A DNA stretch of 64,000 nt from Azolla caroliniana (taxonomy: Eukaryota; Plantae; Polypodiophyta): assembly GCA_043228905.1 (NCBI GenBank), contig JBHGNT010000016.1, forward strand, positions 1,178,001 through 1,242,000, given 5' to 3'. Below, one piece after another: positions 47,054-61,854 of this stretch (the stretch's first letter is position 1; every line of letters begins with the position of its first letter). The notes under the pieces are model-generated. The model was not told the origin of the DNA and did not search any database. It saw only the letters and a program-made list of their open reading frames with translations. Made by a program: the position numbers and the translations under genes.

Positions 47054-50000
47054 TTATATTCTTGTTGAAGAGGTGTACCGTAAATGCTTCTCATAAAATT
47101 CAATCAGCTGAGTAATAAAAGATGTCACAGTTAGTTTATAAAATTAAATGTGTTAGAAACACAAAGCCCATGAATAAAAGATACTTACTAGGAGTGGATA
47201 ATTCTCCTTCATGAACTTGTTGTCTAGAAGCACTTCCCGTCCATCAGCGCTGTTCAAACATCAAGAAAAGCACATTAAAAAGCATCATGAGTGTGTCTTT
47301 GCTTTGTTTTCCATCATTGACAATGCAAAGCATAAAAGTCTGAAATAAAAACATTTATAAAGAGATCTAGAAATCTAACATTACAGGATTTAAGAAAAGA
47401 TGCACAACTATAAAACCAAAAGAAAATAACCAGAGTGAATAGGGAAAGTTACAAAAAACAGGACTGTGGTATACATTCTATGTGACCAAACATGAGTTCC
47501 AAACCATATCAGAAATGTAATTAAGAAACAAACTCAAGTTCGAAAATGGAAATATTATTCAACTTCCCAAAAATACAGAAAATTTCAACATACAGTAGCA
47601 GAAAACGAGTCAAAATGGCCTGAAGAAGAGCTAGTAAAAGCACCAGAAACAAACATCCTCGTTTGACTCTTAAATGGAGAACTGCTTTGTGTTCGTTCTT
47701 CTTGGTCATGCAGAAACAAGTAAACTAAACAAAGTTCATACCTTGCAACTTTGAATTGCACGGTTACATCATGTTTTCCATCCACATAAGAGTTGCTATA
47801 ATTGACAGCTTTTAATATCTTCCGCAAAGGGGGGATTGTCTGCATATTAACCTCATTCACACATAAATCTCTTGCACGCTCATCTCTCTCTTCTGAGGAT
47901 CCTGGGTCCTGCACCATGGGAGATTTTGTTTCATCCAAATGTTTCTTATCATTGTGTTTAGCCACTTTATCTTCATCCTCAGCATCAGGACTTTGTCGGA
48001 CACGCCTCACAAAACCTTGTTTTCGTTTCTTGGCTCCTGTACACTTGTCGATGGCCAATGTCTTGCCGCTCTCTTCTTGTGCAATTTTTTCAGAAGGAGA
48101 GCTTGAAATATGCCCAACCACATCCTTAATGAGATCACCTCCAGTAGCCCCTTCAAAAGATAAATTTAACTTATGTTGTTCAGAAGTGCCACTTTCATTT
48201 TGGAAAATTTCTCCTTTTGCCTCATTATGATGACTATTCTCCATTGCTTGTTTAATCTGACGTTCAGCCTCACTTGTTTCTTGTCCAGTAAAAGGCAAGC
48301 CAGAGCAAGTCTCCTTAGCAGGTAGGAGTTGAGGCTTATCATCTAAATTTTCCTGCTTTCCATTACTTACATGTTGCAAGGCAACCTCTTGGATGACTGT
48401 GGTTATCGTAGCATCCATTTGCAAATCTGTGTTCTGCCGCAACACTAGCTTTTCTGTATCTCCTTCTGCATACATTTGTACATCTGTATTTCCCGTCAAC
48501 TCTAACTTTTCTGTGTTCATTTCTCCATGCATTTGCACATCAGTAATCTCTTTTAGAGTTAACATTTCGGTATTCATTTGTGCATACATTTGGACATCAG
48601 TTTTCTTTGTTAGCACTAACTTTTCTGAATCTATTTCTGCTCTGCCATCAGGTTTTTGTATACCATCAATAGCATCTGTAAATATTACAACATTGTTTTT
48701 TGCATCTTCTATTGCATTTCTCTCATCGTCTGCACCTGCACATTTCTCCTCGCCATTACGCCTTCGCTTCTGTGGTAAATTTGGAGTTCCAGGCTTCCTT
48801 TTCCATCGTCCTCTTCGACTTGATTTGGTTGCCGAGCTGCATAGAATGTAATGCAGGTACAAATAAAAACAATCAAGCAAACTGTCACGACACCTAAGTA
48901 TTGAGAAACCGTGTATTGAGAAACCTCGTACCTTGCTTCAAACTCTTCTATTATGTCTGCACAACCTTTTACATTTTCAAAGGGCTCCCATGTATTTGCA
49001 GACTCTGGCCATCCTCTCCTTAATTCGTAAAATTACAACATTCTCAGATTTTAATGTCTGGTGTAGGAAATTAAGTGTATACCAAATTTTGAGAACCAAA
49101 AATGAACTTTAGTTGGAACACTCACCATTTTATCAGGTACTGTACCTCGCCCTGTGAAAAAGTAAGGTGCAGATGAACATTAAGAAGCGAATTAAAGAAG
49201 AATCATTTCTCTAACTATTTTTTTTTTCACTGTTGGGTTTTTCTGAGAAGAACAATAATTGATAACAGATTTAACTTCCTGCAGTTTATTGGAAAAGTGA
49301 CGCTACTGAATAGACACATTTTCCCGATGCAAAATGAAGAAACATTGTCTCTTTTATAACGATATATTCATCTTTTCACACGATAATGGGAGACTGATGG
49401 GCGCAAATCTTGACGATTAAAAGATTGATTTTTCTGCATGAAAATGGGCAATCCCATTACTTAAAGCACATGCTTGACCTCCTAGATACTTCTTAATCTT
49501 ATTACAGCATACATTTCCAAAGCATAATCACGTGGAATATTTCTCTCTGTGCCGAGAATGGAAACCTCAAACTGTAAACATATTTCAATCTCATGGAAGC
49601 CAATTGATCTGGGAAAGCCATCTGTTTTCAAGGCATTACGATAAAAATGAAAAGTATTTAATTTCTGCACGAGTAAATGGAGAGAGGCCTACCTTCCGAA
49701 TGCGTTTCTTACGCACAGTTTCGACCTCATAGAATCCTTCTCCCAGAGCCTCAGCACTTCCCCCTGCCTCTTCCTCCTCCTGTTCGCTCCCTTCACCATC
49801 ATTGCCAGCACCATCGCCAGCACCACCACTTTGATTGGCTGCAACAGTTACTTCTGTGCAATTGTTTCCTTCAGCATCCACACCCTCAGCACTACCTTGG
49901 GACCTACTCTTCCGTTCATCTTCCTTCTTAGTTGCTTGGTCTGGCGTGTCGGCAGATGTCTCCTCAGTCGTTTCCACGAATGTTTTAGAAGGCGTTTCAG

Positions 50001-50337
50001 CTGATGCTAAAACTGTAGCGGCCATTTCTGTATCCGTTTCCCCAGCCGGTTTGCCCCTCCTGCGAGGCAAGGCAGAAGGGGAAGGAGAAGGAGAAGGTTT
50101 GCTCTGAGCTGATTGTTGATTCTCATCGATGAGAAGGGGAGGGGGGGGAGGAGGAGGAGAAGAAGAAGAAGAAGAAGAAGGTCGGCCATGGCGATGGAGG
50201 CGAAGGTTAGGATTCAAAGTGGAATTGCTGTTGTCGTTGTCGTCGTCGTCGTCGTCGTTGTGGGGGGTAATCATTTCAGGGGTGGGAGCAGGGATCGCCA
50301 TCTCTGTATCAGGAGCTGTGCGGCCCATGGGATGCAT
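47054..50337 (-). CDS. LHP1: LIKE HETEROCHROMATIN PROTEIN 1 (chromodomain + chromo-shadow domain), about 655 aa
   Basis: Exons 50337-49693, 49151-49126, 49018-48932, 48836-47742, 47249-47189, 47107-47054. Chromodomain [37 protein letters not shown]. Chromo-shadow KILKAVNYS...[38 protein letters not shown]. The start codon is uncertain (50337 or 50328). Confidence 0.93.
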
Positions 50338-53300
50338 CACACCGATCCACGTATTTCTCTTTCTTTCTCTCAGTCGCAGGAAGGAGAGAGGGGAGGAAGA
50401 AGAAATTTTTAGGGTTTGAGCGCAGGAGCAGGAGAAGGAGAAGGAGAAGGAGAAGGAGAAGGAGACGCAGAAGGCAGAAGAAGAAGAAGAATGGAGAGCA
50501 GCCTCTTCTTCGTTGTTCAAACAGATGTTTTTTTAATAACAAATTAAAAAAGCATCGCGCTGCTTTCTGCTTTTTTGCTGCTGCTTTCTGCTCTCTCTTT
50601 TTTGGCTTTCTGCTTTTTCTGCTTTCTGCTTTTTTGGGGTTTCTTCTGTTTTCTTTTTCTTTTTTAGCATCTTAGGGGGGGGGGCCAAAAAACAAGAACT
50701 ACATGCTCCTTTCTGCTTTTTGGGGGGTTTCTTTTGTTTTTTAGCATCTTGGGGGAAGCAAGATGATCTTCCACACTTCTTTCTCTTGCTTGTCTCTCCA
50801 ATTTGACACCCTCCCCAGGTTAGGTACTACGTACGTAAGGTAGGTTGGTCATCTGTGGAATGAATACCCGTGTGTGACACTTGAGAATCGGCTATTGATG
50901 TCTTCGTTCTGACAATTGCATGAATATATATATATATATATACATACATGTATGATTGTCTGTATCGCGCCACGTTGCATTGAACATCAATGCCTCTCAT
51001 TGTTATGTTATATTATATATATGTATGTATGTATGGGATATATATTCTGTATACCTAGGACGCGCCATCATGTTAAATATATGGTTGCCCCACTTTTGCA
51101 CTATGTCTACAAATAAAAAGGAAAGGGGGGGGGGGGGGGGGGAGGGGGTTCTTTTCCCCGACTTAGAAATATACGAAGACGCCTTTTTACGTGGAATTTG
51201 TTAAATGTGTAGGTGTGGTACAACATGTTCCTTTCATGTAGAATATGATGTCTGCTCATACAATTGTTCGTAAGAGAAAACATTTATCATGTTTTCCCGG
51301 TTCAGAAAATTCTAAATTAATTACTCTTTGTAGCTTTTTGAATGTTCTATCGGACTTATTACGCGTGACAAATGCTTTCATGATAACTGAGGAGACCCAT
51401 GCCATTTTCATACATGAAGCACAAGCTCTACTCTGGGGGGGTAAAAATAAAATAATACGATAATGGCATATAATATAAAACTTATAAACCTAGAAATTTG
51501 TCAATTATTGTGTGATCATTCTGTCACATATGGAGAGTTTATATTTATATTTTTGTCCCATTGGAGGCCAATTCACCTATGGGATCAAAATAAAAATATT
51601 CAAGGAATTCTTTGGTCCCAAAAAGGTATTGGTTAAGTGGCCTCCAATGCTCGAAAACTCTTGTGATGAGTTCTTCATGTAGTTTTGATGGATTCTTCAA
51701 GAGCATAGATGAAAGCCCATCCTTCTTTGTGAGAAGCTAACAACTCTAATGAGCTTGTGCTTCAAACAATAAAAGCAAATCTAACATAATACATACATCA
51801 AGAATTAACTACTTCACATGGTTAGGGCAGTTGAATATTCTCAGTTGGTCAAGGCTTCAATTCTTCTCACACTTATTCGTGTTTACAAAGGACAACTTTT
51901 TCAACAACAAGGCATTTCAATACAAACATTTGGGGGGGGGGGATACACTATGTGCAAGTGCCTTTTATATTTCAATTTGAAAATGACCTTGACTTAGATG
52001 CTTTTTCTTATAATGTGGATGGTGAGTTTCCTAATTAGCTAGATTAATAATGCATTACACAATTTCATGTGTGTGTAGTGGATTGCCTCTAAGTACTACT
52101 ATTGGGCTTGCCGCTTATGAAACAAGTGTTGCAATAAGTAATATAATAGCAACAAGACCATTAACTCCATCTAAGAGTTAGAAATAAAATGGGAAAATGG
52201 AGATTCATGGCAACTTTGCTTGCCTCGAGGGTAGGTTTTCCTTATCTTATAGGCGATTGGAGAATTGTGCTTTCAAAGTCAAGCAAATAGTTTAACAATG
52301 AGTGACAAACTTACAAATATACCTCCAACCAATTGGCAGACACTAGACAAACACACCTTGCATACACACACATGACAATGTAATCTCAAACCACCAAATC
52401 ACTCTTGAAAACTTTGGAAAGTGCGTACAATGTTCAAAACCTTTTTCTTTGTTGCTAAATATCTCAAGTTTTTCCTTCATACATAATCCACAGTCCCCCC
52501 AAATCAATGTAGAAATGAGATTTAGAAATTGCTCATGGAGACGCACATATATAAGTATCTCAAAAACACCTTTACAAAGTCTATAACTAGGAAAATCTGA
52601 CTAAAAATCGTGAAGGCATGTGTACTTCATAAAAAGAACCTCAAGGCTTTGTACATAGAAGGGCTTAGAGTTTTGGGTTTCTAAAAATTCACAATGTTGA
52701 GAGACTGTGTTTGCATCATTCCATGGCTTGTGATGTTTAAGCAAATAATACTAAAATAATGTTATGGTTCTCAAGCTTGACAAACGTTTTACTTTGCCAC
52801 AATAGTCAACATGCTCAATCATAATCTCCACCAATACAAAAAGGCTAATTCTGCCAATTATTGTCTCTTTCTTTAGTTCTCTCAACATATCAATTTCACG
52901 GGAGTGTTACTGCTGGACATATCCTTGATATGACACTACTCAAGTTTCAAATAGTGAGGTTCACACAACACATCTTTGTTTATTTGCTTTGACTTTATTT
53001 TCCTCCTTTAAATGTGAAGGAATAACATCATTCAAGAACACACATTCGTCACTATATGTTCATGGCAACTTTGTCTTCTTCCTTTCAATGTGAAGGGATA
53101 TCCTCCTTTCATACATAGAACACACATTTGTCTTTGCATGTTTGTAGTGACTTTATCTACCTCCTTCCAAGGTGAAGGAATAACATTATTGGTTTGAACC
53201 ATTTCATCTCACAACTAGATAGCAAACTCTTTTGTCTACATTAGTTTTAGCTAGACACGCAATGCCTCGCCTCTCCTTGGTCATTGAGTTCAGAGTTTGA

Positions 53301-54120
53301 AGAGCTTTAAGCAAGTGCATGTAGTTGCATTAGAAAATGGGAAACAAACGTGTGAACATTTTCACAAATTTTGCATGGTAAGAGCCAAATTAATTGGTTT
53401 TAAATGGGAAGCGAATGTGATTTTTGGCTTTGGTGAATTGTCACCGAGTTACAAGTTGAATTGGATGTTAGCTACAGTAGTGGTATTGCGAAGTACTACC
53501 AAACAGTACATTGATCTATACAGCACATATCTGCAAAGAATTTGACATTCAAAAGCTTAGTATATGTAGTGTAGCTTATAAACCATACCATTCTAAACTT
53601 TAAAAAACAAATTTCTAACAATTGCTTACATCCGTTTTTTTGCATTATCATTATAATGAGCTTTCTTTCCCTTCAAAAAAACAGATACACACAAACATCT
53701 CTTTTCCTGATTTATTGTGCTGTGCATTGTTTCTTTGCAAATGGAAAACAAAGGGCTTGTAATAGATACTGTAAAGAATAGTAGGTGGGGATGGAAATGG
53801 TACAGGATACTTGAATATAATACAAATACATAGCCAAAGCACCTCTCCCAAAATCCATGTGCAAATATACATGAGCACTTCGGAATTTTCAAGCAAAAGA
53901 GTGAGCGTCATGTTGATCAAACCTTGCTTGATACATCCTGCAATGAAGGATATATATATATACAATATTGGATAAACGTCCACCAATCATAAGTTGTTGC
54001 TAACCTTGAAAACTTGAAAAGCATGACAACTTACACAAGTGTTAGCTCCCCGATCCCTTTAGTCTCAAATTGATTATCTGAGCGCTGATATAAGACGTCA
54101 TTCTTTTGCGATATCAACTA

Positions 54121-57100
54121 TTATTTGCTCATATGGACAGATTCTTTCACTTCCAACCATGGAAAAGTGTCAAAGTCAACCAAACCTTGAACCATGTTTA
54201 AATTTTCAAGAGAAATGGCTGTGACGCTTTAACCATGATCCACTGCCCCGATCTTATATATAAAAGGATTAGTGCCCTTAACTTTGTCAAGCCCTAAAAT
54301 TCACAAGCCCAAGTTTATGAGCAGATTTTCGTGATAAAAAATAAGAACTAATGCAAAGATATCGCACAAAGCTCACCCAGTTTCACTATGGCTTCTTCCA
54401 CATAAAGGCATGCATTTGACCTCCTGATCAGCTCCACCTTTCTTTTCTCATTCGGCATACTGAACAAGTTATCTTCATCTTCCAAAATTACCGATAGCAA
54501 CATCGACGCACGCCAAAGTCCTCTCATTTCCTGCAGATGTCTCTCTTTTTCATGCGAAGCCAGATGTTAGTAGGTTACAACAGGATATAAATATTCAGTA
54601 GAGTTTTCAACAACCTTAAAATTTCAAGCAACAACTGAAAAGCTAGCTGAAATTATTTTTAGTATATTCTGGATCCTCATATAAAGTCCAATCAAATTCA
54701 TTCTCATGTGTTTGGTTTTCCTCTCATTATAATAATTACAAGTGCTTTTTGAAGGAATGCATGGTTTAAACTTTACACATGTTCTCTACACAATCACAAT
54801 TTCTTAAGACTTCTTTCCAACTCTGGACAAGCTGTACAGAATACCCTAATGGATGTCTGCAGACTCACAACCACATGCATTTTTATTGTAAGATGGATCA
54901 CATCATTGCAATTACCCATCAAATTTGCAAGAGAGAATTCCATGTACCAATTTTATGTTTGTCGTACGAGAAAGATATCTCTGAAATGTTTTCATGTGAT
55001 GATGATTCTGAGGTCTCTTGTTGGGAAATCTCATTCATCTTCAGAAGAAGCTTGCGTATACCGCTGAAATTATTTGCAGTCTCATGCAGTGTTTTCACCT
55101 TCATTTTTCCCAAAATGCAAGAAGACAAAAAGAGTTAAAAGAGTATCCTTAAGATCTCATAAATATTTTGCAAACCACGAATGAGCATACCATAGCAGCA
55201 TCGATAGACCTCAACTTCAACGTCTCTTTTATTATCACTGTGGAGACAAGCATCTGCCAATTAAATATGCAACCAGCATGAGGAGACTCCCATAAATTGC
55301 TGAAAGTAAAAGCTAATCGACTTGTGCCATTTAACACTCAAAATTTAAGAATTTAGTTGAACGTCTTACAAAAAGGTAGCTTGCGTAGACCTGTAATATT
55401 GTTTTGTAAACTACTATAGATTGAATTGAGTTGAATTAAACTCCACATGAACAAATAAATACTTATTTGGGAATGAAAAAATGGGGTCACACTGGATTTA
55501 GGGAAAACCAAATCCTATTTTTTGGTTAGTGCTACCTTGCACTATTCAGCAGATAAACTAGAAATTTACCAGTTTGTCTTTATGCTGATACTCAAATGTC
55601 CTCAACGGTGACAGAAATGCTGCCAAATACAAGCTCTTCCGATGATCTGCCTACATTTCAGACCACAATAGCTAAAGTTATTTTCTTACATAAATAGAAG
55701 ACCTTATTTCAGATTTTCTTAAAATCCTAGATATTTACCAGTAACTTGGCACTTCCAAAGTGATTAACAACTTCCACAATTGATGTAAGTGCATGTAAGC
55801 ATCTCCTATTAGAAAATTCAATGTGCAAAATTTAGTGTATAACAGTGATTACCAACTATAATGCAAAGATAAACAAATTTCCAACTAAGGGGAAGACCTG
55901 TCAATGCCATCTGGTAGAATTATTTCAAGCTCAGGTGGTGGTTTGAAAATGATGGGGAAGAGCTGTTTTTCAACAAGAATCTCCATGGCTTTAACAGGTT
56001 TACTGCTCCTGAATATTCTTTCTATCTGCACAAGTAAATCCAGATTTTCTTTCATTGGGTTTAGAAGATTGACCATGAGCTTAGTAATGTTTTCTATTAA
56101 GTAAGAAACATCATTTGTGCAATAATACACCTACCTCAGCACCAATGCGCTCTCGACTAATTTTCGTGGTTAGAGCAAGTTTAAGGTCAGTATCAATAGC
56201 ATCCTTTGCGTCCGGATGAAGTTCATAATCCAACGTAGCAACTGCTCTTTCAATCATCCAAAAACCATTAGAATTGATCATATTATATTACACAAGGACA
56301 ATTTTATTCAATATCAACCTACGAAGAGTGCTCTCAAATAATTATATTTTCCAGAGCAAGAAGACACTCATGTGTAAGTACATAATTATTGATAGCTATT
56401 TACTCTTTTTTTATGTTGCAGGGTTCCACATGTATCCTGTTCATATGCATTATTTAAGTATATCAATGCCATTATAAGGTTCTATATGAATGTGAACCAT
56501 AGCCTTACCCTTTGAAATATCTGCCTATAAAAAGTCCTGCCAAGACTCTGCAAGATCTGGGCAAGCAACTGACACAAACATTTCTATATGACAACCCATC
56601 CATAAAGGATCAATATTTCTTGTAATTGGTCATATTTGTTATACGTTATGGCACCTTCAACCATGATGACAATAAATATTACCATATATTTCAATATGAA
56701 TCAAGGAATTATCCTACCATAGAAACATGTGTAACTATTCTGCTATGACATGCACAGTCCCTCATCCATCAAAACAATGGCAATACCACAGGTCCTACAC
56801 ATGTGTAACTATTCTGCTATAACATGCACAGTCCCTCATCCATCAAAACAATGGCAATATCACAGGTCCTACACATGGTACCAGTATAGGCATCTTGCCT
56901 GATAAGCAGAGTATTCTAATGATCAGTACTAGTATTCTTTCTGAGGCATTCCTGAAGTACCCTCCACCAAAGCATAAGGCCCAAAGAAAATGTGCACACC
57001 AATTTGTCTCTTGAATCTAATCTCTATAACTTATTATTTCCATAAAGTTCACTGAATTTCATACTCTCATTGGAACACTGAATCAATTGAACAGTAATTA

Positions 57101-60100
57101 GCAGACTTAATGTCCTGCCAGATGCAAATTATCATGGTTTAATGAAATGCAATTTTCAATTCACACAATCTTCTTTGAAAGTGTTCAAAGTACCTTATTA
57201 TAAACAGGGAAGAATGCATGATCAATGAGAATGAGCTATGCAAAAAAAATCTTCACATTAGCATACCAAAGCGAAGTGCTCTTAGAGCCCTGAGTGGATC
57301 ATCCATAAAAGTATCTTTTGCTCGTAAAGGTGTGGTGATTACTCCTGCTCTCAAGTCAGACAGCCCTAGAATAACATATCAAAACAAGAAAAAGGCTCTC
57401 AAAGTGTATTAAACTCAAAGTGAACCTGAAACTGACGAATGATGTCTTTTACCTCTGCCAGTGGGGTCCTCTACTATTCCTGAGTTTATATTGTAAAACA
57501 AACTGCAATGGAGATCCGCAAAAATATATTCATTTCCAGGCTTAACTCACAAAAAACAATATTTACCCTGCTTTTTATTATGACCACTTCCAATAACAAT
57601 GTCAATAAATTACAAGTCATCACTTACATATATTCATGAAATGAAATAGTGTGCATTTGAGCTTTTATCATGATAATTCCTATAATGATATCAAGAAACA
57701 ATAAGGTGTGATTTTCCATCATATGTAGACTGTTAGCTGTTAATATGTGAAACAACATGGTTCATGTGAGAGTCACAAACAAAGGTAAATATTACAATGT
57801 CAAATTCCATCAAGATCAAAATGTGGATGATTTATGATCCATTACCAAATACAATATGATTTTTCAGGGTTGTTGGAGATGCGCTTTTCAGGTTTATTCT
57901 TAGAAATAAACTTTTATAGAGTTGCACCAAGGATTTGCTTTGTACACTTATTCTTGGTAAACAAGCATCCACTTGGAAATGAAAAGGTTATACCTATTTA
58001 TAGTAAGATCGCGTCTGAACGCATCTTCTATAGGTGTCCCAAATTCTGGCTTCATAAGAAAAACGAATAATCAAAACTCGTGAAAACCTTAGCTTTTTAT
58101 TACATTAAGTGCATATCTCACCATTGCTGAGAACATGAAGCTTTTTTCTGTGTAGCCAGCACTTCTCAAGTTCACAAAGTCAATCATGACACCAAAAACC
58201 TCCATTCTAGCAACTTCTAAGTGTTTTGCCTGCATTGGATTGCTAAATCCATAATAGCATATATGATTTAATAGGTTGTACAAAAGCATGTCACAACAAT
58301 AGGAAATTGTGAATAGAATACAAGCAATTTGTAACAGAAACTTAAAAACAAAGGAAGTTTTGAGCTTCCGTAACAGAAACCAACCTAGTACCAGGTTGAC
58401 CAATTTTGAAATGGTTTGGAATCTGTCCAAATCCTCACATTTTTCCACTCTTTTTTGTTAATCTAAAAGGTCTGATGGTTTGATTTCTGTGAGATCATAA
58501 CATGATGCCACATATGTTATGATTTACTAAAGACTTCAAATATCAAAACTGAGTTCTGAGACACAACATCAATACAGAATGAGATAGTGTCTCTATCTCA
58601 TTAAAAAACATTAATTTTGTGAACCAATTGTGAGCAAAGCCTATCTACACCCACATATCGGAGTCTATATATACTGTAGATGTGTCTATTTGCACTTTTT
58701 GCCACTGAACGCGTATCACGTTTTAAATCTCCTGTAAATAATTAATGTCATGAGTTTAAGCGTACAGAAAGAGAGGGTTTAGGGTTTAGGGTTCCATAAG
58801 AAGAAATCAATCTCTTCATAGTGCAAGAATCAAACTTAACCATGCCATAGTTCAAAGGCTGCACTGATGAGTGAAGAAAATTTGTTTTTTGCAAATCATG
58901 AAAATTTCTTACCACTTCTTTCCAATTGCTTTATTGTTGCCTTTTTTCAAGACCATGAACATTGAGACTCTATTTTTCCGTTCTCCTATTCCAAAATCAA
59001 TAGGAACCATGTGTATATTTTGATAATTGATAAATTTATTTGTACACTTTTTTAAAGATTTTTTGAGATTTGCCATTTCCATTTCAGGTTCTGGATTCCA
59101 TTTCCTAGCAAATATGGGATGGCTATGCAGGAAACCACTCATGTTATAAGTAGAGGATTGGAGGAAGAATAGATACAAGCGGTACAGAGATCTCCAAGGA
59201 AATGGCACAAACCTATTATTTCCTGGCCAGGAGGCAAAGATTTTTTTTAACAAAACAGACCACGTCTCAAGCGGAAATGGATATTTCTAGAAGATGATCT
59301 CACAATCACCTACCACATGAAGAAATGAGAGAAAATTAGCTAATGCAGCTTTATTAGATACAATCCTCATTATTGCAGAATGTATAGAAGATCAAAGTGA
59401 TAAAAACACTATATGTTACATCTGTTTCCAGAAGGAGAAAAAATCTATAGTCATGGGTAAGTCTTATAGACCATGCTAATATTACCCATGGTGCAACACA
59501 TGAGAGCTTATTTAGGTTGTACTCATAATTTGTCCACTCCTAGCTGGGACATGAAAAAATGATGCCTTACACAACAAACATTATTTATGACTTTCTAAAA
59601 TGATATTGTCATAGAGAATCACATAGATGAAAAGAGCGCGCACCTCTTGATGACACCAAAACCATTTGACTCAATACCGAGATCGCGGAGGTACCCCATG
59701 AGCTTTCTGCAGAATGTTTTGCCAAGCATATCGTCCAATGCAATGTCAATGTCACCAGAGTTTTTCCCCAAAAGCTAGTAAACAACAAAGAATTGCCCAG
59801 AACAACATCTAATTATATTATGAATCATGCATATGAAGAAATTCCATTTAAAATATTATGATAAGAACCTACTTCAGGGCAAGAATAGGAGTGTGTGTTT
59901 GTGTGTGGGTGTGTCTGTGTCTGTGTTTATTTGGATCTATTCATGTTTATATGTAGCAAGAATATGGATGTGTCCGTGTGAGTGTTTATTTGTACCTATA
60001 CATGCATACATTGAATGACCTACTTTTCATTTTGTAATATATTATGCATCAAGGAATAGATTGTATACATGCCCATTGATATAATTTGATATATTTCATG

Positions 60101-61123
60101 TAAAGATTGCATAATATAAGATACAACATTACATGGCATACACGTGTAGATACATACACAAATCAAAGAATAAGAAATCAATGACTTTGTCAAGAACCAG
60201 CCTCCCGAACCATGAGCTGATCCCTGAGATTATAATGCAGAAAGCATATATATATACACAATATGCATGGCATACAATACACATACATATGCATAATATA
60301 CATTAAACATCACGTAGTAGACTGCTCATTTTCAAGACATAACATAGTAGGCTGCTAATGAAAAAAAGTGGTTCTTTTTAGATAATTACTTGTAATATGC
60401 ATAAAAACATACATGGTTACTTACATAACATGCACAGCACACATGTACATACATGCCTCCATACTTTACATATTACTTGTAATATGCATAAAAACATACG
60501 TGGTTACTTACATAACATGCACAGCACACATGTACATACATGCATCCATACTTCACATAACAAGACATGACACCCATATACACGAATACATACATCAGTA
60601 CTTTGCAGAGCCTGACACGACATACATTCATATATATGGATGCAATTAAAAAGTATACAAATGCAATTACTACCTTGTCACGAACCCATCCTCCCGCAAC
60701 TCTCAGCTGGGTCTTCAGATTATAATATCCAAGGACCGATTTGAGTGTTGTGAAGATCCTGAACTCCAGCTCAGTAAGCCGAATGGTATCAGAGATGAGA
60801 ATCGGTTTCTGTGATACATAAGGTCTTGCAACCAACGTGTGGTTACTCCGACGAGTGATCGGGATGGGAACAAGGCGCTTAGGGAGTGGTCTATTTAGTT
60901 GTTGATTTTGCTGTTGCGTTTGTTGTTCATTTGGGTGATTTTGCTGCGGATGAGCACCTTCATAGATGTGGCTTGAATGGATGTGGAAGGCTATGGGCAA
61001 ACGGTACACAAAAGAGGTAATTGCCATGGCTAGCCGCCGACCCCTCTCGTTTTTTCCACACAACACAGAGATGCGAATGCGAGAAGAAGAGGAAGAAGTA
61101 GCGGAACTGCAAACCAAGGCCAT
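54121..61123 (-). CDS. Class II tRNA nucleotidyltransferase (CCA-adding enzyme family), divergent, about 578 aa
   Basis: Exons 61123-60674, 59774-59644, 58242-58122, 58049-57994, 57502-57453, 57365-57267, 56241-56135, 56025-55898, 55805-55739, 55650-55570, 55253-55191, 55098-54948, 54544-54377, 54185-54121. Motifs VAGGWVRDK, DIDI, RRDLTINSLFY, DDPLR, ISRERI. The last two exons and the stop are uncertain. Confidence 0.85.
56725..56877. repeat. Two tandem copies of about 74 bp in an intron
   Basis: acatgtgtaactattctgctat...cacaggtcctac occurs twice. Confidence 0.9.
60385..60558. repeat. Two tandem copies of about 87 bp in intron 1 of the nucleotidyltransferase gene
   Basis: attacttgtaatatgcataaaaacatac...catgtacatacatgc occurs twice. 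Confidence 0.9.
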
Positions 61124-61337
61124 ACAATCGTCGTCTTCTATACAATCATCATCGTCTTCTATTCTCTACATAGTAAAAGTATGTATATATATATATATAT
61201 ATGTAAGAAAGAGGCGAATTAGAAGAAGAAGAAGAAGAAGAAGAAGATTGGGATGGGATTTCAGACTCACGGGTAGGTCTGAGTTTATATTGGGGAATTT
61301 ATAGAACTGACCCTCTCTTCTCTTTCGTGCTTTTGCT

Positions 61338-61393
61338 ATGTAATGTAAATTGTAATGTAATGTAATGTAATGTAATGTAATGTAATGTAATGT
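61338..61393. repeat. (ATGTA)n pentanucleotide microsatellite
   Basis: Read directly from the sequence. Confidence 0.9.
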
Positions 61394-61854
61394 ATGTATG
61401 TCCACTTGTAGGGAGATTGCTTCCTTCTCTGTATCCTGTTGATTCAAATTCTTCTGGTTGTTGCATTCCTATAGCCTTGTAATTCATCGAAAAATCAGTC
61501 TCCTCCACGTATCAAACAAACACACATTCATGATTCATTGATTATGCATCTGATTTGTGACTAAGTATAGCCATGTCATCAACATTAGATGAGATGTTAT
61601 GATAGGTGAGGGTCGTTTGGCTCGTTGAGCCATTGGCCCTTGCCTACTTGTCTTGCCACGGACATTGTCCATTCTCGTTAGCTTCGATGTCCTATGATGG
61701 CATAGGACATTGTTTCTTCAATACCCTCTTGTTGTAAAGGTACAACTCTCCATTGTGGATGTACTAAAAACCCAATATGGGATGCACGCAAGCCCTTTAG
61801 TATGGTGATGGGTTGGACAGATATAACATAATAAACGATAGCATTACTCACTAG

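Noticed and set aside
26870-49750. Functional link between the chromovirus chromodomain and the nearby LHP1 chromodomain
   Set aside because: They are 22 kb apart with no shared nucleotide sequence seen, and LHP1 has a normal intron structure. Proximity looks coincidental.
49636-50520. The 294-aa ORF as a whole protein
   Set aside because: Its 5' part is microsatellite-rich UTR with a non-ATG start and its 3' end runs into an intron. Only 50337-49693 is LHP1 exon 1.
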